Shown in pieces: positions 39,701 through 50,500 of a DNA stretch of 64,000 nt. The stretch's first letter is position 1; every line of letters begins with the position of its first letter. The DNA comes from Nemertoderma westbladi (lineage: Eukaryota > Animalia > Xenacoelomorpha): NCBI GenBank assembly GCA_032718475.1, contig JAUCBJ010007488.1, positions 62,001-126,000 on the forward strand. Direction: 5' to 3'. The notes beneath the pieces were generated by a model. That model did no database searches. It saw only the letters and a program-made list of their open reading frames with translations, and was not told the DNA's origin. Made by a program: the position numbers and the translations under genes.

Positions 39701-41540
39701 CGTGTAGATGTTTAGATTCCTCGTCCATCTCCTTACAGACTCGTGGCCACCATTAAATATAACTGTGAGCGTGGAGATGTTTATATTCCTCGTCCATTGT
39801 CTTACAGACTCGTGGCCACCATTAAGTATAACTGTGAGCGTGTAGATGTTTAGATTCCTCGTCCATCTCCTTACAGACTCGTGGCCACCATTAAGTATAA
39901 CTGTGAGCGTGGAGATGTTTATATTCCTCGTCCATTGTCTTACAGACTCGTGGCCACCATTAAATATAACTGTGAGCGTGTAGATGTTTAGATTCCTCGT
40001 CTATCTCCTTACAGACTCGTGGCCACCATTAAGTATAACTGTGAGCGTGGAGATGTTTATATTCCTCGTCCATCTCCTTACAGACTCGTGGCCACCATTA
40101 AGTATAACTGTGAGCGTGGAGATGTTTATATTCCTCGTCCATTGTCTTACAGACTCGTGGCCACCATTAAATTTAACTGTGAGCGTGTAGATGTTTAGAT
40201 TCCTCGTCCATCTCCTTACAGACTCGTGGCCACCATTAAGTATAACTGTGAGCGTGGAGATGTTTATATTCCTCGTCCATCTCCTTACAGACTCGTGGCC
40301 ACCATTAAGTATAACTGTGAGCGTGTAGATGTTTATATTCCTCGTCTATCTCCTTACAGACTCGTGGCCACCATTAAGTATAACTGTGAGCGTGGAGATG
40401 TTTATATTCCTCGTCCATCTCCTTACAGACTCGTGGCCACCATTAAGTATAACTGTGAGCGTGTAGATGTTTATATTCCTCGTCCATTGTCTTACAGACT
40501 CGTGGCCACCATTAAGTATAACTGTGAGCGTGTAGATGTTTAGATTCCTCGTCTATCTCCTTACAGACTCGTGGCCACCATTAAGTATAACTGTGAGCGT
40601 GGAGATGTTTATATTCCTCGTCCATTGTCTTACAGACTCGTGGCCACCATTAAGTATAACTGTGAGCGTGGAGATGTTTATATTCCTCGTCCATTGTCTT
40701 ACAGACTCGTGGCCACCATTAAATATAACTGTGAGCGTGTAGATGTTTAGATTCCTCGTCTATCTCCTTACAGACTCGTGGCCACCATTAAGTATAACTG
40801 TGAGCGTGGAGATGTTTATATTCCTCGTCCATCTCCTTACAGACTCGTGGCCACCATTAAGTATAACTGTGAGCGTGGAGATGTTTATATTCCTCGTCCA
40901 TTGTCTTACAGACTCGTGGCCACCATTAAATTTAACTGTGAGCGTGTAGATGTTTAGATTCCTCGTCCATCTCCTTACAGACTCGTGGCCACCATTAAGT
41001 ATAACTGTGAGCGTGGAGATGTTTATATTCCTCGTCCATCTCCTTACAGACTCGTGGCCACCATTAAGTATAACTGTGAGCGTGTAGATGTTTATATTCC
41101 TCGTCTATCTCCTTACAGACTCGTGGCCACCATTAAGTATAACTGTGAGCGTGGAGATGTTTATATTCCTCGTCCATCTCCTTACAGACTCGTGGCCACC
41201 ATTAAGTATAACTGTGAGCGTGTAGATGTTTATATTCCTCGTCTATCTCCTTACAGACTCGTGGCCACCATTAAGTATAACTGTGAGCGTGGAGATGTTT
41301 AGATTCCTCGTCCATCTCCTTACAGACTCGTGGCCACCATTAAATATAACTGTGAGCGTGGAGATGTTTATATTCCTCGTCCATTGTCTTACAGACTCGT
41401 GGCCACCATTAAGTATAACTGTGAGCGTTGAGATGTTTATATTCCTCGTCCATCTCCTTACAGACTCGTGGCCACCATTAAGTATAACTGTGAGCGTGTA
41501 GATGTTTAGATTCCTCGTCTATCTCCTTACAAGTATAACT
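33709..41540. repeat. 69-bp satellite, ~113 copies
   Basis: Unit gatgtttatattcctcgtccatctccttacagactcgtggccaccattaagtataactgtgagcgtgta with a few recurrent variant sites. Confidence 0.97.
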
Positions 41541-41638
41541 TAAATGAAAGTTGCTAAATCGATTGTATTATGGCGGAGTTTATTTGTAAGTAAAATGATT
41601 CGTATTACGGAATTAGTTGTAAGTAAAACTACTCCTAT

Positions 41639-42848
41639 TGTTCGCGCTTTTGAAGACCTTTAGCAGTTTAACCTGCCAAAATTTATATGTCTTTTAGTTA
41701 ATTAACACACCTTTAGCATACGACAATATTTTATGCTAATAAACAAAACATTAGCCGAAGCCAGCCCATGCGCGATCATTCACCCGATGGATACACCCGG
41801 GAGGCTGAATTCGGATGCTTAAATTTTATTATTGCAGTGTAAGATTGCAGTGTAAACCTACTGTATTATTCGATTGATCACTAATATATAATTTCTGACA
41901 GATATTATTCACTTTCGGGAAATATTAACAGTTCCTTTAGGACGTGGCGCTCTATCTATTTAAACAGAGCTAGGACTTATACTAAACGCAACGATAAAGC
42001 TTATGATTAAAGTATAAGGCGCATTCTTTAGGAAATGCTTTGTTACCAGTCACAAACATACACACTATTCTGCCGACCGTCAGTAAATTTGATCACACAT
42101 AAAAAGAACAGCAATTGACTCAGGTAGTGTCTACTAAATAACATTAGATTCAATACACACCACATTGATATAAATCGCAATTGTTATATATAGCCTGTCT
42201 CTCTAACCTGTAGTGTATCAAGAAAATTGGGCAATTTGGGTGATTTATCAATATTCTCCAAATGACAATATTTCATCAACAAATCGATACAATTAATAAC
42301 TGACGGTACATAGCAGTACAAACAATATGATTAGTAAGTAAAGTCCGGCCAGCAAGCCAAGACAAGACAAGTTGTGACGAGTTAAGTTAAGTTAGTGAAG
42401 GTCCGTGCCGTGTGCCGATTAAACTAGTGACTAGTGACTAGTGACTAGGTAACAGTTATACTTTCTATAATTTAAGCAGTTTTACTAGAGTTCCTCCCAA
42501 AAGCTGGTGTTCTGGCGAAAAAGGGGAGCACAACAACAGAATCATATGACTACTGCTCTATACGAGGATACCAACTACCCTTATTCCACGAAGCTCCCGT
42601 CCAACACAGAGGATGAGCATACAGATAGGAAATTCAGTTCAGTAGCTCTGGGATAGGTCAAAATCAACGCCAACTCAAATTCTATTGGCCGATCGAACAG
42701 AGCCCAGATCCCTTCGCATAGCAAATCAGCCAATCAGCCGGTAGCTTACACTATTCTAGCTAGGTATCCCTTTTTAGAGTATTCCAGCGACTGGGGGGGA
42801 ACTGGTTGGCAAGGCAAACGAATCAGTTATCCCACAAAAGCTTTTACA
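41639..42848 (-). repeat. Putative 3' LTR of the BEL/Pao element (~1.2 kb)
   Basis: TG...CA ends. The inner end is inferred from a purine tract on the minus strand, GGGAGCGG, directly before TGTAAAAG. Homologous to 32751 and 10015. The inner boundary cannot be confirmed without the 5' LTR. Confidence 0.65.
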
Positions 42849-42925
42849 CCGCTCCCAGAAAATGGGATTTAAGTCTATAAAATATACCAAATCACAGTTT
42901 CTAAAATATAAATTACTCTAAACAG

Positions 42926-44206
42926 TTAGTCTTTCTTGCGCGGACGGCGTTTACGCAGTTTTTTAAAGCTAGCAAGAGTCCTTTTCTCTTTGGGGCGAGC
43001 CACTTTACAAGGAGGGCTATAACTCCTGGGTGAAGGGTGCAATATGATTGCATCAGAAGGTATGGGATTACGATCGGTATATCCGCCGGTCGAAGTGCCG
43101 GGTTGGGTGACTTCAACTTCGGTGGAGAGGGGTCTAACGACCTTTAGAGCGCGTTTTAAGACGGCCGCTCTTACGGGTCCTTTAAGAGTGGTCTGAACGA
43201 GAGCCGTGGGTGGACCATAGGCAGTCAGAAACTTCCTTGGTTTAATGGTTCTTTCCAACTCGCGTTCGCGGGCTTGGTACTCGTAAGGCCGTCGATATAC
43301 TTCCTGTAACTCGGGGTGCGAGTTGACAAATAAGTCTCCATAATCAGGGTCTTGACGGATAAAGTTTATTAAGTTGTAAGAATGGATGTCACTAGGATTA
43401 ATGCTCCTGAGAAATTTGCGTACATATTTGGTTGAAATACATTCTCCGACGCGCTTCAGTAGTTCGTAACTTAATATACGTGATTTCTGCTCGACGGAGG
43501 CAAATAAATAAGGATGGAACGCATAAACTCCTTCGTAGGCGCGTCCAGGATAATAGCGATGGCGTGAATCACAATGTAAATCAGCGTTCGCTTCCCAAGC
43601 TCTGATGTAACGTAGTACAATCATTTCATCTACGCTCTCTAAATCATGATTAAAGGGACAATCAAAGCTGGCGTGTCCTTTTAATTGACAATGATGGCAT
43701 TGAGTCATAAATTGGGGGCAGACAGCAAAAATGTGCAAATTATTAAGCCGGCAATATGCACAATAGATTTCCATCGACGGTTGCTCGTGGAAATAGGAAC
43801 AGAGATCGTTTGTGTCCATAGACGTAATATGGTCTCTCGACGCGCACAGCCGACAACGTTGTCGAGAAACATAATTGGCATGGCGATAATCATACGCAGT
43901 GAGACACTGTGGACCTTGATACCATTCCAAAATGTAATCGCTGTCGCTACTCCGAGGCGTGGGAGGCTGAATCTCTTCGGATTCTAAGCATATGGGTTCG
44001 TCTTCTCCTTGTATAGTTGAGGTAGGCATGGCTGTCTCTTCAAGTGGACCTACCGTCTGAATTTCCACGACAGAATAACCTGTGGGGATTCGAGGTCTTT
44101 GGATAACAGAGGAGTGCAGGTTTGTTATACAAATGTCTTTGAAAATAGCAAATCCAGCGCTATCTAACTTCTCCGCAGCTGAGTCTCTTAAGCTGAGCTT
44201 GGTCAA
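42926..44206 (-). CDS. Accessory Cys/His-rich (zinc-knuckle) protein of the BEL element, function unknown
   Basis: 426 aa open frame with CRLCASRDH, CAYC-x5-H-x4-C, CHHC-x3-GH-x4-C and a basic C-terminus (KKLRKRRPRKK). The frame stays open upstream to 44299. Confidence 0.7.
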   Translation of the reverse strand: MTKLSLRDSAAEKLDSAGFAIFKDICITNLHSSVIQRPRIPTGYSVVEIQTVGPLEETAMPTSTIQGEDEPICLESEEIQPPTPRSSDSDYILEWYQGPQCLTAYDYRHANYVSRQRCRLCASRDHITSMDTNDLCSYFHEQPSMEIYCAYCRLNNLHIFAVCPQFMTQCHHCQLKGHASFDCPFNHDLESVDEMIVLRYIRAWEANADLHCDSRHRYYPGRAYEGVYAFHPYLFASVEQKSRILSYELLKRVGECISTKYVRKFLRSINPSDIHSYNLINFIRQDPDYGDLFVNSHPELQEVYRRPYEYQARERELERTIKPRKFLTAYGPPTALVQTTLKGPVRAAVLKRALKVVRPLSTEVEVTQPGTSTGGYTDRNPIPSDAIILHPSPRSYSPPCKVARPKEKRTLASFKKLRKRRPRKKD

Positions 44207-47200
44207 AGCGCGGTCTTTGAATTGGCTATCTATGTTGCGAAACGGGGTTAAGAATCGCCGGAAACATTCAAAGCGGATGAATTTATTATGTTCATCTGCT
44301 TAGCGAGTTTGTTCCCAAGGATTAATGGATGGGCGCGTATAGTACGACTGCACACATCGGCTAGCCAACCGGAAAGTGCGGTGTTTTCAAAGATCGTGTA
44401 GATAGCTAAGGAGGGGCGGAGTGGAACACTCATGAAACTATACACGGCGCCAGGTGCGGTCAACGGTCCGTCAAAGTATAATCGAGAATAATGGTCTCCG
44501 TATACTTGTTGATAGTTGATTGGATTTCCGACCTTGGAATTCCATCCGTATTCTTGAAAAGCAAGATGTCCGATGGAAGTTCGTTGCACCTTTGTAATGT
44601 TGCTAGACGCATTGGCATACATGGTGCAAAAGAAACCTCGGCCTTCGGCTCAGGGAGCAATCAGCTGAGTATCAACGAAAGGGTATGGAATGTTCTCCAT
44701 ATTCCCGTCATATGCCTAATATGTCTTCCATTGATGGTAGTGGTAGAGAGCAGGGGAAGACCTATGTCGTATTCAGAAATATTCATAAATACGATCTCAG
44801 TAGGAGGATTCAATCGTTCGAAGACTATCTCCAAATGAATTTATCCCTAATGCGAGGAGGTAAACACCAGTTCAAAGATATGTTTGTCTCAGTTGTTCTA
44901 CATAAGATTTATATCTCCAATCATTGAGGGAGGTGAACAACCAGATTTATGACACATAATGGTACCAGTTGTTCACAAACTATCTGCGTGTCCTTTCAGT
45001 CCTTGTATCACGGTTGTGGACTTAAGGAAATTATTGATGGTTGATTTTCTAATCAACAACGAGAGGGTGGAAGTTGATATCATAAATATCAACAGAATGT
45101 GACATGGACAAGAGGTGCGGACACCAATATGAGCATCCAGATTAACAGTAAGGGATGGGAGGTTTAGTAAGAGGCGGTATGATCAATACCACGATACGGC
45201 AATGATTGGTCGATCGTCTCCCGAAGCTCCGAGCGCGTTGGGAAGAGAAGGTGGGACGAAGTATGTTGTATTTTCAATAGCGATGTATAGAGGGATAAAG
45301 GGAGTAAAGAGGAGGAAGGATATATGGTAGTATCCATAAGATACCACAATGGACATGTTTCCGTCACATCATCATTCATTCTTGCCCTTTAATTGTGACA
45401 CTGATCACAATAATTACAGGAAAACGATGAAGGAAGAGAAAATTACAGCCTCCCGAAGGAGACCGCCCGCGAGCACCCGTGCCCCGGGGAAAACTATTCA
45501 CATCATGGACTCTGGACATTAACCCATGTCTCTTCTCCAGTGTTCTCCTCTATTTGTCTTTACAAGCTTTCTACCAAGTTCTATCTTTCGAGTTGTTTTC
45601 GAATACAAATCTCGTGTTCCATTCTCGGTTCATCATGCCGACTCCGCTGGGTATGATATTTAAATAGAACCATTTCCCTCTCTGTATCTACATCGTCCGT
45701 ATCATGTAAATCGATAGGATGGCCGGTAGTTAAGAAGTCCATATACGTACCATTACGATTCGTATAGCGAGTGGTGAATTTTCGATAGTCCAATTCACGC
45801 GCAAGTTGCTCTTGGGACATCGGCGGTTCGATATAACGACCATCGTCCTCCGTAATGGTTGGATCGGCTTCACCGCGTATTAAGCTATCCACAAATGCTT
45901 GTAAAGGTAGAGTATATCGCTCCCTAATACCAAGATCATCTTCTATCAACTCCATCATATCTGCTATCTGAGTTTATTAATATCAAATAAGTTTATATTT
46001 AGGCGAGCGGGCGTCGCTGCCTACTTCTCTTTGCCCCCGGACAGTGGGATTCTCAGCGCCGATGTACCGTCGTCGCGGTGTTTACGCCAACATGTAGCAA
46101 CAGCACGACAACGATAACCGGCACAAGTCACTCCACTGTCCGTCCCAAAGGCTTGGATCCACTTAGGTTCTTTCTATAGGAGAGTTGGGCTATTTTTTAC
46201 GATTGCGACTAGCTACTGTAAACATACTTTAGCCGTAACATTCACCTATAAACGCACAAATTCCACACAACTATCACTAACAGCACACATACAGGCCATT
46301 TGTCCGTTAGTCAGTGCCTTCCAGAATGTCACGTTATTACTGTGTATCCTTGGATACTAACAGTGTGCTATATATTCTCTATGCTATGCAATGGGACAAG
46401 CTTTCTATTGTTCTTTTAACTTGCTTCTAATTCTAGCGTGGGTGTTGCTATGGTGACATTATGGAATGCTAGCGGTAGAATTAGGGTAATTCTCATGCAT
46501 ACAGATCTGGGATGCTATTTAATAATAATTCTTTAATTGTCAATATCCTCTTTATGCATGATTTTATTAATTTTATCGGCTATTGACTATATGTTGGAGA
46601 TTCTCGCACTCTAATACACTCAATAGGATGAATCTCCGCTCCCATGATCTATTAATTAATGGAATTTTGGGAATGTTATAAATTGCACAAAATGACAATT
46701 TATGAAATTCATTTAAAATATGAATTTAAATTTATTCCCGTGAATTTTATTATTTGATGTTAAGATTGACACAATTTGATTCCAGAGCAGGTCTGGGGAC
46801 ATAGGATCCTTAATTCTATGAAATTTGTCTTTTAAGAGTATCGGTAAGGGCTACGATATCTTAATCGACTAGAATTGTTAATGGATCTGAATTTTACAGA
46901 TTTTAATAAATATTAAATTAATATTTAAGATGGGCACCGATTTATTCCAGAACTTGTCTGGGGACGTTAACCACTGATTCTAGAATTTGTCTTTCAAGTA
47001 TATCGGTGGGTGCCGCGATATCTTAATCGACTAGAATTACAGATGGTCAAAAGGTTTAACAGATTTATTTGCATTTTACGCTACTGTTAGAGGGACATCA
47101 CGCTACTATATGTATTATTTAATATAAGGTAGAAGAGCAATATCGCACGAAGCAATGTCAGTGTGAAGAGGCAAGTCGTTTCCAAGGTCTACCCAGAGCT

Positions 47201-47578
47201 TGGTTTAGCCGAGACACGAGGATCTGAACTTTGCATTCCTAATACTCTGCCTACCAATAATACTTAAATATAGTAGTGGCTTTATTGTACTTTAATAAGT
47301 ACGGACATTTCATCTTACTGTAGTCACGTATTTATAATATGATACGGACAGTAAGGAAAGAGAAAAATTATTTCTCGCCGTCACACTAAATATACATTAT
47401 ATATGTAATTACGTAATAAACACTAATATATTGCACTAATCTACCAAATAATCTAAAAATAACATTCTACTAAATAAAATTAAATAAAAACGATTATAAT
47501 AAAGTACATAATAATGTTCACATATAAAATATAATAAAATAGATAAAATAATATAGTCATACACCCACTCCAGACGTA

Positions 47579-50500
47579 TCACGTTAGGGAGTCCCTAGAT
47601 GTTTGAGGAATTAGGGAGGTGGTTGTGGGAAGAGTGTCTTGCCTTCCATAGTTTCCGGAGAGTTCTCTGTCTCTTTCCAGTAAACATAAACGACCAACTG
47701 GGCGATTGAGTTGTTGAGTCTCGAAGATTATGCCTGGCTTCTTGAAGTTACGCCGCATGACGACAAGTTCTACTGAGCGCACTAAACCATCGTCCGAGAG
47801 GTGAGTCTCGATGATACGACCTGTCTGCCACCGTTTACGTGGGAGGTCTGGATCTACAATAAGCACCATATCTCCGGCGCTGACGTTTTCTTGCTGCGCA
47901 AACCACTTAGTTCGAAATTGTAGCGTGGGCAGATAATGTTTCTCGAAATGGTCAGCGAAACGACGGGATAGCAGCTGCATAAGTTGCCAAGTTCGACGGC
48001 AGTATTCGTCTCCATCGGCAATCTCCGATCGTGGGAGCATGGCTACAGGTTTCTTCAGTAGGAAGTGCGCGGGTGTTAGCGCTTCCAGGGAATCGGGACT
48101 CGATGAGACTGGCATAAGCGGTCTCTCGTTGAGATAGGCAGCGATTTCCTCCATTAATGTCCGCAAAAGTTTGTCGGTGAGATACGCGCGGCATGGCACT
48201 ATAAAGTGAAATGCGGTTTTGACACTTCGAATTAATCTCTCCCAACTTCCTCCCCACCAAGGGGCGTCGGCGGCGTTGAAGGTCCAGCTAGACGCTGTTA
48301 TCCTTAGCTGGTCGTCCACCTGTCTTTGGTTCCAGTCCTTCACGTAAGCCTGTATTTCGTTGTTGGCACCAATGAAGTTCGTTCCCTTATCCGATCTCAT
48401 GGTATTACTCGTCCCGAAGCGAGCGATCTGTCGTCGTAAACTTAAGACGAAGCTGTTGGTAGATAGATCGTTCACCATATCGAGATGGATGGCTCTACAA
48501 GTCATGCACACGAAGATGACACACCATCTCTTGACTATAGTCCTAGCACGATATACTTCAATAGGGCCAAATAAATCTACACCAGTATTAGTAAAAGGTG
48601 GTTCATAGAAGCTTACTCGTTCCCTAGGTAATTCTGCCTCTCGCTGTGTTAAAGGCCTACTGAATGCTTTCCTACAGGGTATGCAGTTCCTAAGAACTTG
48701 GTTCAGAGCTCTACGGGGTTTATCAAAATAATAGCGAGTTCGAATTTCGCTAAGAATTCGTTCTCTACCAGCATGATAAAGTTTACTGTGAACATCTACA
48801 ATCATCTTGATTTGTACTTCAAGATTTCTAATAAGTATGGGGAATTTGGTGTCAAAGGATAAGGGCGCATTGGTGAGTCTTCCTCCAACACGTATTAACC
48901 CATCTATCATTGTGCTTGAGAATCGATCCCTTAAGCGCATCTGCGGATTTCTCAACAACAGGAAATACTTTTCGGAATCCTCATAGCATTGCAGGAGTCT
49001 CAGTATCTGCTTATTGGTTTCTTCATGCTCCTGGTGACTAATTTTCTCCTTTAGAAAACGGTCAGATGTCTTATATTTGGGTAAATTTTTAATAACATGA
49101 ACTTGTGCAGATGTCAATGGAGCGTTATCGCTAGTGGTCTTCGTCCTGGAGTAGTGATGATGAAAACATCGTCTTAAATATGTGACGGCTTTACAGAGCC
49201 GATTCCAGGAACTGTAATGATGCATTGCTCTCTGCAGCATGGGTGAGATTCCTTGCGAGACGTCTGGTATTCCAGATTTCCAATCTCTATCTCTAATTTC
49301 CACAACAGACTTATTTGTGCTGAGGGATTGGGGATCCGAAGCATCATTCCCGGAAGTATGTAATACAGATAGATCGATAGTCGGTTTAAATAACTTCGAT
49401 TTACTCGCCCGGGTTTTAGGTTTGACTGTCTCCGCTCCCTTGGCTTGTCTAATCTCTGCCGTAGTAAGGTGAGGAGGCCATTCATCCTCTTCCTTGCTCA
49501 GGAAGTCGGGTCCACCCAACCAATCTGGAGTATCTATCAGTTCCTGTGGAGTTGCTCCCCTGGAGGCGATATCGGCTGGATTAATCGTACCAGGGCAATG
49601 TCTCCATTGATCTATCTTTGTGCGACTAAGAATAATAGCTACTCTGTTAGTAACAAAAACGCTGAACTGACAGACTTCATTGGTTAGATACTCCAACACG
49701 AGTAAAGCGTCGGTCCAATAAACCGTTTTCTCCAGTGGATAGTCGATTTGTTCCGTTACGTTCCGGCCGATGGCTGTAGCGTATAAAGCCGCCTTTAACT
49801 CCGCTCGAGGAACCTTTAACTTGTTGTTAATCAATGCCTTAGAGGTAACCAAGGCGACTTTGATTCCATCCGGGGTTTCGACTCGCAGATATGCTACTAT
49901 ACCTATTCCCATGTCGCTGGCGTCTCCAAACACATGGAGTTGATAAGAATACGTAGGAAGAACATGGCCAAAATATGCACGGGAAATTATAAAGTTCTCG
50001 ATGGCAGGTAGAGAATCTTCCCATTTCATCCATTTCTTTAACAATTCTCCCTTAAGCGGATCGTCCCATGAGTGGTTTTCAAGCCACATTTGTTGTACTA
50101 AACTCCGAGCAATCAATATAACTGGGCTAATAAATCCCAATGGGTCGAAATAAGTGCTCAGGATGCTTAAACAAATCCGTTTGGTCCGAACTGGATTATC
50201 TCGCTGTTTTAACTGAAAAAACAGGATGTCTCTTTCAGTGTCCCACTTCAAGCCTAGCGTCTTGGTTTCAGGAAGATCGTCCTTTATTAAGTCTAGGTCT
50301 TTCGTTCCTCGGTCTTCTACCGGTATGGCTTCCAGAAACTCACGGGAGTTGCTAGTGAATTTCGTCAGTCGAAATCCACCTCTTTTCAAACACTCTACCG
50401 TTCCTTTCGCGACAGATATGGCTTCTTCTACTGATGGAAGGGACCTTAAATTGTCGTCCATGTATATATTTCGTTTTATGTTGTCTATCACTTCTTTTGA

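Noticed and set aside
33815-41501. Plus-strand repeat proteins (VATIKYNCERVDVYIPRPSPYRL)n
   Set aside because: Satellite translation repeatedly broken by TAG/TGA variants, with no unique flanking exon evidence.
32751-42848. The LTRs at 32751 and 41639 as the two ends of one element
   Set aside because: They are clearly diverged, with indels. No shared TSD, PBS or internal retroelement sequence lies between them, and the 41639 copy fits as the 3' LTR of the BEL element to its right.
42926-44206. Envelope gene in the env position
   Set aside because: No signal peptide, transmembrane segment or glycoprotein-like pattern; it has zinc-knuckle motifs and a basic tail instead.
46776-47050. Hammerhead ribozyme in the duplicated module
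   Set aside because: No CTGANGA...GAAA core was found on either strand.
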